This document shows positions 40,326 through 52,232 of a stretch of 64,000 nucleotides of DNA, piece by piece. Positions within the stretch are counted from its first letter, which is position 1; each line of letters starts with the position of its first letter. Below the pieces are notes generated by a model. That model saw only the letters and a list, made by a program, of their open reading frames with translations. It was not told the DNA's origin and searched no databases. The DNA comes from Octopus vulgaris (taxonomy: Eukaryota): assembly GCA_951406725.2 (NCBI GenBank), contig OX597826.1:35340001-35404000 (forward strand). The letters are read 5' to 3'. A program made the position numbers and the translations under genes.

Positions 40326-40524
40326 AACTTTATGTGTTTTTCAAGATCCACTCTTCCAAAAGAGAATTATACTCAGAATGGAAAGAGCCTGAACAAATAC
40401 CACAAGGATTCCTGTCCGACGTTCTTATAATTCCTGTAATCTATACACATACATATTTACAGGTACACACAAGCACACACACATAAACACAGACATGCAT
40501 ATATACACGTGTGTGTATTTATCT

Positions 40525-41085
40525 ATTATTTTATTCTGAGATTAGTTTCAGCTTCAGAATTGCGTCCATGATATGGCACCACCGTTAGTTTTGCTATCTT
40601 TTCTTTGCTCGAAACATTCTCTGGTGTGTGCCGTTTGTGGAATGCAGGTGTCTGATGTTTGCCAGCTTTATCAGCGTTTCCTGCAGTGAGGTAGTATCAT
40701 CAGAAACTCTTGACAGGAAAAGATCCAGTTTTGATTTGAAGATACCTACATCCACACCATGTAGGCCACCCAGGCTTTGAAGGAGGGATATTAAAGAGCT
40801 GTGGGCCCTGCAAGCCCAAATTGTTGCTGTATCTGTTCCTGTCTCCTGATGGCGATATTGGGATGTTTGGCATAATGCAATGGCGTCCTGTTATGCTGTA
40901 TGGGTTAGCTTCCAGTGCCGAAGTTTGGTACAAATTCTTCTATGATTTTCCAGATGTATATCACTGCAGATTATTCCTGGGTATTAGAGGTAGAGTCTTA
41001 ACTTTTTCAACCTCTCCCAGTAGCTGACATGGCACATAGAGACGGTCTTTATGCAGCTCACTGAATTGCTTCGAGTTCCACCATA
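40525..41085 (-). mobile_element. CR1-clade LINE 3' fragment
   Basis: TGRHCIMPNIP..RYSNNLGLQGPQLFNI, homologous to 19380-19490 and 43700-43820; same 3' stem-loop tail. Confidence 0.82.
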
Positions 41086-41754
41086 TTTCTATGTGGACAT
41101 TTTAATTAGAGAAGGAATGAATAGTAATGTTGATTCCTGCAAAGCATTCAGTGAGATAGTCTTAGAGTAAGAGAAAATTATGCAATACGCTGTAGACTAA
41201 CTGAATCTAAAAAAAAAAAAAGAATCTTTATATGTTAAAATAAACATATACGTAACTACTACTGTGTTTCCTGAAAACTGGTTGCTTTGATAAAGACACC
41301 AAGACAGCACACTGTTTGCCGGGAGATAAATAAGAGAAATTCTAAAAAATCCCGCTGATTTACTCATCCAAACAGAAAAACTACAAAATGCTAAAACTAT
41401 AACAGCTATTGAAAGATCATACAATTAAGATATCTTCAAATTTATATATGTAAGAGAGAGGCAATGTGTGCCACAATGCAGACCATTAACCATTCTGAGA
41501 GCAGCATACTAATTCATATATTTCTCCTGATTCCTTAGCAATACATCAAGAATAAGAAATCCACCAAAAGGTTTGATAATGGCGGTGAGTTGGCAAAATC
41601 GTTACTGTACCGCAGAAAATGCTTTGCTGCTTTTCTCCCGACTTTACGTTTGGAGTTCAATTGTCAATGGAGTCAACATTGCCTTACATCTTCCCGGGGT
41701 CGATAAAATAGGTACCATTTGAACAAAGAGAGCGTTATGATTAACTATCTCACT

Positions 41755-41878
41755 CAGAAGGCTTTGGTCGGCCCGAGGCTATAGTAGAAGACACTTGCCC
41801 AAAGTGCCACACATTGGGACTGAACCCAGAACTATGTGGTTCGTAAGCAAGCTACTTACCACATAGCCACTCCTACCC
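41755..41878 (-). mobile_element. SINE family B head fragment
   Basis: Matches 8668-8788. Confidence 0.85.
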
Positions 41879-42018
41879 CTATTGAAAAGGTTGCAATACG
41901 CAATGAAAATTTTAGAAAAATTTATGAGTGGAAATTTCACCAGCGAGTGTCTTAAATGATGAGGCACTAAAAGCGAATGACCCTCCCCAAACACAACACA
42001 ATACGCACACACACACAC

Positions 42019-42073
<55 letters not shown>

Positions 42074-42490
42074 GGTATAAAATTCTTTAATTTCATTCCA
42101 CCTACATTTCATTTCGCTAACCGTTAGTAAGTAGAGACATCAAATTATTCAATAAATTACTTGAGAAGCATGTGTATTTGGCACCGGAGAATATTTTACA
42201 ATATAGAACACTTCATTTTACAAGTTGTTGAAATTAACTAACTATCGCAGAAATCATGAGAGGAATCTTGCCCCAACCAAATATGGTAAGAATTATATAA
42301 ACTAAATATGCTAATCTCATTAAAGCAAATACATTTTGCATATGAACGTCGATTTTATCCGATTATGTGAGTAATTTCTTTAAGCAATTCCTGAATTATG
42401 TTGATAGCTGCAGGTCACTCCATAGATGGGGCACTTAGTATGACATCATGTATGCATAATATATACATATATATATATGTATATATACAT

Positions 42491-42545
<55 letters not shown>

Positions 42546-42595
42546 TATATGTATATATACATACACACACACACATATATATATATATATAGTCA

Positions 42596-42825
42596 GGCGG
42601 CGAGCTGGCAGAATCGTTAGCACGCCGGGCGAAATGCGTAGCCGTATTTCGCCTGCTGTTACATTCTGAGTTCAAATTCCGCCGAGGTCGACTTTGCCTT
42701 TCATCCTTTCGGGGTTGATAAATAAAGTACCAGTTACGCACTGGGGTCGATGTAATCGACTTAATCCCTTTGTCTGTCTTTGTTTGTCCCCTCTATGTTT
42801 AGCCCCTTGTGGGTAATAAAGAAAT
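42596..42825 (+). mobile_element. SINE family A, full length, young (tail type 1)
   Basis: A-box-like GCTGGCAGAATCG, B-box GAGTTCAAATTCC; multiple copies in the window. Confidence 0.93.
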
Positions 42826-43189
42826 ATATATATATATATATATTTTGACCCCCTTCGGTCAGACACTGACCATGGGTTTGCACCTAGAGAGTTACCCTCT
42901 GAGGCACAAGTCTGGGCAAGGTTGTTTTATGGAAGACCAGCAGTCACCCATGCATACCGGCCTCTCCTCTCCGCGTCATCGATGTTGTCCAAGGGAAAGG
43001 CAAAGGCCGATACAGCTTGGCACCTGTGATATATATATATATAAGGAAATATATACAGGGCAGGAAAATTATAGAAATTTTTCTACCAGTGGCCTAGCAT
43101 GCAAAAATAGTCAATAGACTAGACTATATATTATTCATACACTAATTATATATATATACACAGAAAGAGAGAGAGAGAGTGAGGAACAT

Positions 43190-44076
43190 ATATAAGTTTA
43201 ATGCAGGTAAGTTCCAGGCTTGGGCTACTGGCACACAAAGATAAACGACGTGCAGACTGGATACACTGGCCCAGGAAGAATTGCAATCCCTGAGTTAAAA
43301 TCAGTGCGTGACCTGGGCATTGACATGAGCAATGATGCATCTTTCCAAGTGCATATTGCTAATCTAGTGATAAAATGCAGACGGCTAGCTGGATGGATTC
43401 TCCGAACTTTCAGAACAAGAGAGAAGGAGACACTGATGGTCCTATGGAAAACATTCGTCCTCAGCCGCTTGGACTACTGCTCCCAACTGTGATCACCACA
43501 CAATATAAAAACTAACAGCAGAACTCGAAGCAATTCAGAGAAGCTACACAAAGAAAATCGTCTCAATGCAAAATATCAGCTACTGGGAAAGACTAAAGAT
43601 ATTAAACCCTTCTCCCTAGAGCGGAGGTGGGAGAGATATGCGGTGATATACATCTGGAAAATCCTGGAGGGTCTTGTCCCAAACTTTGGCATTCAAAGTT
43701 ACCCCAACCGCAGAACGGGGGCCACTGCATGGTGCCAAATATTCCAACATCACCATCAAAATACAGGTCCAGATACTGCAACAGCTTGGGTTTCAGAGGA
43801 CCACAGCTCTTTAACATCCTCCCTAAATGCCTGAGAGACTTACATGGTGTGGATATGGGTTTCTTTAAAACTAAACTGGATCTCTTCTTGTCGGGAGTCC
43901 CAGATGAACCTACCTCACGACAGGAGACGCAGATGCGGGCAGCAGCATCGAACTCCCTTGTTGATCAAGTGCCACGTATCAGAGGTGAATTCACAAATTT
44001 AGCTCATTCAGCGGTGATGCCCCAGCATGGCCGCGGCCTTCGGGCTAAAACATTTTTAAGGAATTAAGGATTTAAG
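43190..44076 (+). mobile_element. CR1-clade LINE, 5'-truncated
   Basis: SVRDLGIDMSNDASF..H...LV.KCRRL.GWILRTFRTR...DYCSQL; homologous to 18890-19720; tail CCCCAGCATGGCCGCGGCCTTCGGGCTAAAAC plus (TTAAGGA)n. Confidence 0.92.
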
Positions 44077-44184
44077 TGCATATATATATAAATGTATGTG
44101 TGTGTGTTTGTTTTTAGTGTTTGAATTTATGTGAGTATACAATTTTTAATTGTATTCTTTGCTATACATACCCTTTTTTACCAG

Positions 44185-44481
44185 TTTATTTGTTTCAGTC
44201 AGTTGACTGTGGCCATGCTGGAGCACCACCTTTAGTCAAGCAGATCTTATTCTTTGTAAGCCTAGTACTTATTCTATCGGTCTCTTTTGCTGAGCCGCTA
44301 AGTTACGGGGACACAAACTCACCAATATCAGTTGTCAAGCAATGTTGGGGGACAAATACAGACACACAAGCATACACATATATATATATGTATATGACAG
44401 GCTTCTTGTAGTTTCCGTCTACCAAATCCACACACAAGGCTTTGGTCAGACCAAAGGGACTGAATCTGGAACTCATGCACC
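44185..44481 (-). mobile_element. SINE family B with internal deletions
   Basis: Aligns with 8385-8788. Confidence 0.85.
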
Positions 44482-44487
44482 TATATA

Positions 44488-44559
<72 letters not shown>

Positions 44560-44762
44560 GTGAAATAGAAAGATGAATAATCTTGTAGTAGATTAATCAA
44601 AAGTTTAACCGATACCTTAGTAGCAAAAATCACAGCAGTAAAACAGCACGGTTGGAGGTACAACCATATGGTGTTGCAACCGTGCGTTGGTGCGGATAAT
44701 TGAAATTAGAACATTATTGGTGAATTGAAGAAATTTGAACGCAGATTGAACAGAAATCGTTT

Positions 44763-44856
44763 TATTTCATTCTACACGTGTTTCGAAAGGCACAAATTAC
44801 CAAAATCCGATGGAATAATGGGACCATATTGTGTCTTTCTCTTCAGGAAGAAAATA
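44763..44856 (-). ncRNA. Type I hammerhead ribozyme in Penelope pLTR
   Basis: Minus strand: TTC-CTGAAGA-GAAAGACACAA..TTGTGCCTTTC-GAAAC-ACGT-GTA-GAA; intact core, 11-bp stem II with one mismatch, palindromic stem III. Confidence 0.85.
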
Positions 44857-45442
44857 GGAAATCCGTTGGAAAAACAAAAACAGAACAGAGGCGGAGCAAA
44901 AACAAATCGAACTATGCTCCTAAGAGCCCATGGCGAAACTGTTTATCAGTGTATGTTGAGAACCGGTGGCTGAAGAATTCAACGGGTCAGGCATCGGTCA
45001 ATCATGTGGGTGAGGGGGCGTAGATGTTCTTTGTGACCGAGAATAAAGTTCTGACTATTTAAGGAATATTGGATGTTTTATAAGGGGCGAGAAAAATCTA
45101 CTTAGAGACGTGTGTGTGTGTATACTGTTCTATATACGTGTGTGTTGGCGTAGGGGTAGAAAACATTTTTTGTGTACGTGTGTGCGTTTGATCGTTCGGC
45201 TGTCAGTGGCTACTGCCGTGATGACCGTTGGGTGGCAGAAAAAAAAATATATATATCATGTTTTATGTGTGTGTGTGTTCTCATCTAAGCCTGCCTTGTC
45301 AAGGAAACCCCCGCTGTGAAAAAACCAAGCCCCGTTTGTCTTACAGGAGTAATTCCCCTTGCAGTGGTTAATCGTAGATATCTTAAAGGCTATTTCAGAA
45401 TTTGTTACCAAGGGCTATGGGTGCCGGTATTATTTATAAACG

Positions 45443-46716
45443 CTATTTAAAAGCCAGATAAGTGTAACGCCGCCAATGGGGGCATCGAAAAGCCGACTGT
45501 AAAAGCCCGTTTACCATCCGGCCTCTGGCAAACAAAATATGGAAGAGTTCGGAGACACAAAGGTTGCACTGCCTTCTGCCCCTATCAAATGGGAGGGCCA
45601 CCGACAAAATTGACCATTCCAGCCTGTAGCTTAGGTTCGTATCCTTCAGTCGCCATATTAGCTTACTGAGTCCCGTGGTCTGGCGCTTGTTCATGTCCCG
45701 AAAAGTTGCGTAATGGTTGGAGACACGCAAAGACAATCTTGAGGATGAGGCCCCTACATAAGTGAAGACATCTGAGTCCGTGTAAACCTTGCATTGGTAG
45801 ACGGCGTTTTTGATCTTGGAGTTCGCCGACGTGAATCTAATTCTGCTAGGATTGGTTTCTGAAATTAGAACTGCGTTCCTGTCACTATATTCGTTCCGAG
45901 ACCTGCAGCCGCTTACTACTCTATTTTCCACTACGTCACTATTAACTATAGGAATAACCCCTGATTCTCCACTATCTATCAAAGTGCTGTCATTGCTACT
46001 GCCCGTAGTGCTGCTATTGCGGGAAATGATGCTGGGGATGCTATTGGGGCTCTCTACCCTACTCCCATTGTTACCGTCAACCACAACACCCCTATTTATA
46101 ACTATACCCCTAGTGGGTACTCCCTGGCTGGAGCTGAGATTATGTGTCACTGTACTGGCTCTCATATCATTATTACTACTATAATTATTCCTACTGAGCA
46201 TTAAACCGGGAGCGGAAGAGGCTGTGCCTCCGGAAAAAGGTGATAGGGTCTTAGTAAGTAGCCTATTATTATGGGAGGCGATTATCTGGGCGAGGTTTTT
46301 AGTGTTGGAGAAAGCTATCCTAACTTTATGCGAGTTAACCGTGGAGTAATATTTGGAATTTCTGGGGAAGTTATTGGCAATGGCTTGTCTAAACATGAGG
46401 GGGAGGTTAGTTCTAATCTGCTTACCAAAGGGGATTACAAACCATATATGCTTATTCCTATCAGTGTGATGGATCGGGACGCCAGCTCTCGCATTCGGGT
46501 GGGTGATTCTCGGATGAATGACGGGTCTTGGGTTAGTGTAAGACCTCCCGGACCGATAATTATCCTTGTTCGCTAAATTAAATGCGGGAGCGACTACCCC
46601 GGCATCCACCGCGCTCCCGTCCTTACTTAAAATGTTAATGTTATTATATACGGCCCTATCCTGATGACCGAATGATGGCATCGGAAGGGCCGGATCAATA
46701 TAAATTACCTTCTGCC
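45443..46716 (-). CDS. C-terminal part of Penelope-like polyprotein: RT thumb end, linker and GIY-YIG endonuclease (5'-truncated; frame is open upstream of the Met at 46681)
   Basis: GYRQKVIYI, IWF..PF, AVYQCKV..TYVGASS..LRVSNH..TF, TGLSKLIW.LKD, CNLCVSE, N, CPH. Confidence 0.85.
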
Positions 46717-47409
46717 TATAACCTTCTGCCTATATATATATATATATATATATACATATATACATATATATAAATATATAAATATACGACCCGACGAAGA
46801 TGATGACAACGATGATGATGATCATCATCATTTAATGTTTGGCATGATTTGTATGATTCAGTATGAAATTTGATTTTTTAATTTTGGCTCAAAGTCTGCA
46901 ATTTCAGGCGAGAGTGAAAACCAATCACATTGACCTCACTGCTCAACTGTTACTTATTTTATCGACCCCCAAGAGGATAACATGCTGCTGTCTCGCACAT
47001 CTATCATCCCTCTCGCTTCTCTCTGCCGTCCAGAAACCTCTTATGCTAGGAGGAAAAAGTTAATCCATAAACTGAGGTATTTGTTAGGCTTGTGTGGCAT
47101 TTTTGCATAAAACTTTATTACATATCAAGCTTCCATACGACCTGAATGCTTTCATCAGTCTAATCAGCTGTGATAAGCAGTGTTCAGTTGGGTGTTTTGA
47201 ATTTGTTGTTTTAGCTGTCTCCTTCAATCTGGAATAAGCATGAAACGTTGGCAGGTCAGCTTATTAGATGTATATTTATGAAATATTAAACTAACAATAA
47301 TCTAGGATTGTTCTCTTTAAAAAGGTCTCAAAACTTCTAGAATCCCCCTTGTGTCGCTCGGATACTTTTTTTATATCGTCAGTCTGTAAGAAGGATCAGT
47401 AACCATGAT

Positions 47410-47720
47410 CTTCCCATACTCACCTAGACCAATTAGATTAATGACATTGATGCTTCTCTTGAATATTTTTGACTCAACAACTGCAGAAAAGAATTCCACA
47501 AATGCAAAACTCTGGGAACAACATGTGAAGTTGCTAGAATTGGCTTCGAGGTGTATTCAATACAAAAACGATGAAGGGAGCTAAAGTACGTTCGTGAATC
47601 CCTGACACTGTCCAGAGTGTAGAGGCAATTATAGTTGTGGTATAAAAGGCAGAGAGGAGATAGCACCTTCACAGCCGTAAAGCCAACAATACTCTATGTT
47701 TCTCCATTCGATTCCCATCT
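47410..47720 (-). mobile_element. Old CR1/L2-group LINE 3' fragment
   Basis: LCLLYHNY..RT.FSSLHRF..PRVLHLWNS resembles the LINE C-terminal SL.LFYRYY..H.F..PR...LWN motif. Confidence 0.5.
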
Positions 47721-48755
47721 GTAATATTTTTCTACCACGGTATACACAAGCAACATTTTACACAAAGACTATTTTAACTACAGATCAAAACTGGTGATTA
47801 TTTTCATTGTTATTATTCTGTCGAAGCGTGAATGTTTTTCAAATACTTTAACAAATCATAATGCGCTGTTTTATCACATTCTTATGTTCCTAGAAGAGTA
47901 ACGTACATGTGGCAGGGTTTATCTCCAATCCACATTTTCACTGAATGCATATAGAAGCTACTCCACTGTTTTTGTGGATTATTAAAGACAAATTTAACAT
48001 TTTTTTAAATTTTTCGAATGACCGTGAAATTTGCATGGATGGGTTCTTCTAGTTATAATTGTTACTTTAGCAAACACCTTATTCTGTTTTCATTCCAAAT
48101 AAGGGATTTTGTTAAAGTAAAAGAAGGGAATTTATTGCTGCGAATTATTAAAGAATTAAACCAAAGAGGGTTCACCCAAACAACACGTACAACGACAGCA
48201 AAATAAACAGAGAATTGAAGACAAAATTAAATCTAGATTTTGCATTTAATTATTTAATATTTTTAATAAAATTTTAGACAGAGAAATTAGTTTTAGAATT
48301 CTCATACTCTATTGTATTTAATTTTTTGTAAGATTTATTCAAATAAATATGACCTTTACAAAAAATAAGTATAAAAGAATAAAAACAAACTAGAACAATA
48401 AAAAGAGTTGATGGAGAGGGAGAATAGTTTCTCATTATTCTTTAATTATATAAAAACTTATTGTTTCTTCTTCGCATAATTTTCTATCACATGTTTTTGC
48501 ATTTTATATAAAATTTAATTAAATGTCAGCATAGCAAACTGTAAAAATTTCATTTCATCGTAAGAATAAAGAACACCAGAATCTCCGAGATCAGTATGTA
48601 TATTTCAATATTTTTACATACCTTCATATATATATATATATATATATATATTTATGGTAAATAAAATAAAACAAAGAACAAACAGCAAAAAACAACAGTG
48701 CGTGGAAGTGGTACATGTAAAGTATTAGCAGACGCTCATGGAAGGAAAGAAAGGT

Positions 48756-48800
48756 GGTTTTACGTTTCAAGCAATCAAGCAAAGCTCTTCTTCAGGAACA
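48756..48800 (-). ncRNA. Minimal hammerhead motif in a short pLTR-type element (~48655-48870)
   Basis: Minus strand: CTGAAGA-AGAGC-TTT-GCTT(GATTGCTT)-GAAAC-GTA. Confidence 0.6.
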
Positions 48801-48935
48801 GGAGACAGAGGAAAATCCAATAGAAAAGGATGGTTGAAGAAAAACAATTGCCAAGTTGTTAAACAGGACAACAAATATTGAGGTAAGGCAAACATCTCAA
48901 GTCGCATACAATATTATTATTGGAAAAACTTCAGA

Positions 48936-48991
48936 GTCTTACAGGTGTTTCTGAGATATCCTCGAGTATGGGATATTTTGTCATCAGAGAC
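48936..48991 (-). ncRNA. Type I hammerhead ribozyme motif
   Basis: Minus strand: GTCT-CTGATGA-CAAA-ATATCC..GGATAT-CTCA-GAAAC-ACCT-GTA-AGAC; perfect stem I GTCT/AGAC. Confidence 0.75.
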
Positions 48992-49054
48992 AAATAGGGA
49001 ACAATAAGGGAAATGAAAATGGTATATATTAATGAGATGACGACATAGAGCAAT

Positions 49055-51607
49055 ATCATCATCATCGTTTAATGTCTGCTTTCCATGCTGGCATGGGTTG
49101 GATGATTTGACTGAGGTCTGGTGAGCCAGATGGCTACTTCAGGCATCAATCTGATCTGGCAGAGTTTCTACAGCTGGATGCCCTTCCTAACGCATACCAC
49201 TCTGAGAGTGTAGTGTGTGCTTTTACGTGCCACCAGCATGATGGTCAGTCAGGCAGTACTGGCAACAGCCACGCTCAAATGGTGTTTTTTACGTGCCACC
49301 TGCACAGGAGCCAGTCCAGCGGAACTGGCAACACCTTTGCTTGAATGTTGTTTTTCACATACCACCAGCACAAGTACCTGGTAATGATCACAGTCGAATG
49401 GTGCTTTTAACGTGCCACCGGTACAGGGGTCAGTCAGCGGCCCTGGCAGCAATCACGCTCCACTAGTACGTATGCCAATCATGCGATGCTGTCCTCAAAT
49501 TTGATTTCCATTTCAGTTACCTTCGCAAGCAGAGTTTAGTGTCCAATGAAAGAACGTTACATCTAAGTGGGCTGGTTACACCACTGGCATAGCCCACGGG
49601 TTATGGTCTCACTTGGCTTGCCGGGTCTTCTCAAGCACAGCATATTTCCAAAGGTTTCGGTTACTAGTCATTGCCTCGGTGAGGCCTAATGTTCGAAGGT
49701 CATACTACACCACTTCATCCCAGGTCATCCTGGGTCTATCTTTTCCACAGTTTCCCTCAACTGCTACGGTATGACACTTTTTCACACAACTATCCTCATC
49801 CATTCTCACCACATGACCCTACCAGTGCAGTCATCTCTCTTGCACATCAGATCTGATGATTCTTAGGCCAACTTTTCTCTCAAGCCACTTAGAGTATGCA
49901 CTTAGAGCCACTGTAGAGTATGCACACTGACATTACACATCAAGCAGAGCATACTGGCTTCATTCCTTGCAAGCTTACGCATGCCCTCAGCAGTCACGGC
50001 CCATGTTTCACTGCCATGTAGCATGGCTGTTTATACACATGTGAGCGAGAGGCCCTTTGTCAGCAGCAGAGGTAGGAGCTCTCTGAACTTTGCCTAGGCT
50101 ATTCTTATTCTAGCAGCTACATTTTCAGAGCACCCTCCCCCGCTACTGACTTGGTCACCTAGGTAACGGAAGCTACCAACTACTTCTAGTTTTTCTCCCT
50201 GGAATGTGGCGGAAGTTGTTCTCTGCACATTTTCAGTGTTTATTCCTACAGAGCATCTGCCACATACAAAAACTATCTTCCTAGTTAGCCTTCCTTTGAT
50301 ATTGCTGTACTTCTTATGTGTCTATAGATTACACTGGGTACATCTTATAGAGTTTCTACCTATGCCTTTTCTACAGATCGAGCAGGGCCATCTACCTGAA
50401 GGGATTTGTGGTTTGTCTGCCTTCCTACTTGTTAGGACTTTAGTTTAAGCTAGATTGACTCTAAGGCCCTTTGATTCTAATCCTTGCTTCCACACCTGAA
50501 ACTTCTCCGCTAATTCAAGGTTATCAGCATAAAGGAGCTCCCAGGGGCATCTTGTCTTGAATTCCTCTGTTATTGCCTGGGGGACTATGATAAATATGAG
50601 GGGGATGAAGACTGAACCTTGGTAGACACCTACCTTTACTCAGAATTCTTCACTCTACTCATTGCCAACTCTCATCTTACCGACAGCGTCCTTGTACATG
50701 GCTCGCACAGTTCTCACTAACCAATCATCTATCCCTAGTTTCTTCATTGCCCACCAGATAAGGGATTGGGGGACCCTGTCAAAGGCTTTCTCCATGTCAA
50801 CAAAAGCCAGGTACAGAGGTTTATCTTTGGCTAGGTATTTCTCCTGTAGCTGTCTTACTAGAAATATAGCATCAGTGGTGCTGTTCCCTGGCACGAACCC
50901 GAGCTGCATCTCATCTAAACTGACTCTCTCTCTAATTAGTTGGGCTAAGACCCCCTCCATGACCTTCATTACCTGATCCAACAACTTGATATCTCTGTAA
51001 TTATTTGTATCTAAAGCGTCACCTTTACCTTCGTAGCAGTTGACTATAATGCTGCTACACCAATCATTGGGTATGACTCCTTCGTGTATCACCTGGTTAA
51101 CTATATGGGTGACTAGGCTATAGTCGACACTACCAGATATTTTGAGCATCTCTGCGATGATTCCTGATGGGCCGGAGGCTTTCCCTGTCTTCATACTCTT
51201 AATTGCTTTATCTACCAAGGTACTGTCAACTCGGACTGCTGGTCTCTCTCTGTTGGGTCGATATTCGGCAGACTCTCTTTCCCCCATTCATTCTCTTTAT
51301 TGAACAACCTTTCATAGTGGCGTCTCCAAACCTCTCTCTTTGCAGCCTCATCTAGTGCAAGTGAACCATCATCCATGCGGACACATTTCATTCCTACGAC
51401 ATCACGATTCTCTCTCACACACTGTCTTGCAACACGAAGTACTTCAAGTCTTTGGTCCTCACGGTGTAGAACATTGGCAATTTTTTGTGCTTCCCCTCTG
51501 GCTAAATAAGCCTGTCTCCTAGCTTCCTTTCTGGCAGTCTGATACAATTCCCTGCTATCACTATTCTTCCATTCCTTCCAAGCCACTTTCTTTTCTCTAA
51601 TAGCCCT
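49055..51607 (-). mobile_element. RTE-clade LINE, 5'-truncated, decayed, with 3' UTR and (GAT)n tail
   Basis: MKTGKASGPSGI.AEMLK, IPNDW..S.IV..Y.GKGD....NYR.IKLL, GFVPG.STTDAIF, AFVDMEKAFDRVP, GHVVRM, RPR.TWDEVV; (CAT)n on the plus strand at 49055. Confidence 0.95.
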
Positions 51608-51854
51608 CAACAAAGCACTCAATAAATGGATAGATTTTTTTTAAGGAATATATATTATTATGTAATTTATTATGCACTCAAACTGTACTTATTCCTTCTA
51701 ACTTTCCAACATGCCAAGAGAAAGCTTTATCTCTGAATGGCAAATACGCTTATCCAATGATTTATTAACTGTTGTTAAACTAATTATTACAACTCCTTTC
51801 CACTTCGTGTTTGTCATAATAAACTGATATGTGTTTATTTATATATATATATAT

Positions 51855-51996
51855 ACATTATTTACATCTGACAGATATTTGTCCCCATCTTGTTAACACG
51901 TTTCGGCTGTTATACCCCCCAGCCTTCATCAGGTATCTTAGGGAAATTTCGAACCTGGGTTCTCATTCCTAAGGTATTTTTCGATGATGTTGTTAC

Positions 51997-52061
<65 letters not shown>

Positions 52062-52157
52062 TATTAATATTCAGGTCACTGCCTGGAATCGAACTCGGAC
52101 TCTTGGGGTTAGTCACCCGCACTCTTAACCACTATGCCATCTCTTAAATATAGAACT
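51855..52157 (-). mobile_element. Family C: tRNA-head + (AAT)n + hammerhead element (second arm deleted)
   Basis: Minus strand: TGGCATAGTGG A-box, GAGTTCGATTCC B-box (52069-52140), (AAT)n, then GATAC-CTGATGA-AGGCTG..CAGCC-GAAAC-GTGTT (51895-51937). Confidence 0.85.
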
Positions 52158-52186
52158 ATGTAGGTATTATGTACATACACACACAC

Positions 52187-52192
<6 letters not shown>

Positions 52193-52229
<37 letters not shown>
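52193..52229. repeat. (GA)n microsatellite
   Basis: Directly visible. Confidence 0.95.

Positions 52230-52232
<3 letters not shown>

Larger units (their letters stand above)
44557..46730 (-). mobile_element. Penelope-like (Naiad-type) retroelement, 5'-truncated, apparently young, inserted in (TA)n
   Basis: Intact GIY-YIG ORF, ~880-bp 3' region with HHR, (TA)n on both flanks, higher GC than the surroundings. Confidence 0.92.

Noticed and set aside
45810-46576. Antisense ORFs overlapping the GIY-YIG ORF
   Set aside because: Expected shadow ORFs of low-complexity, GC-richer coding DNA; no motifs.
44557-46716. Selenoprotein recoding (in-frame UGA plus SECIS), known in some Naiad elements
   Set aside because: The preserved ORF has no in-frame TGA and no SECIS was evident by eye in the 3' region; SECISearch would settle it.
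52069-52140. Functional tRNA gene (also 54457-54535 and 55982-56050)
   Set aside because: No proper acceptor stem; embedded in multi-copy repeats, so these are SINE heads.
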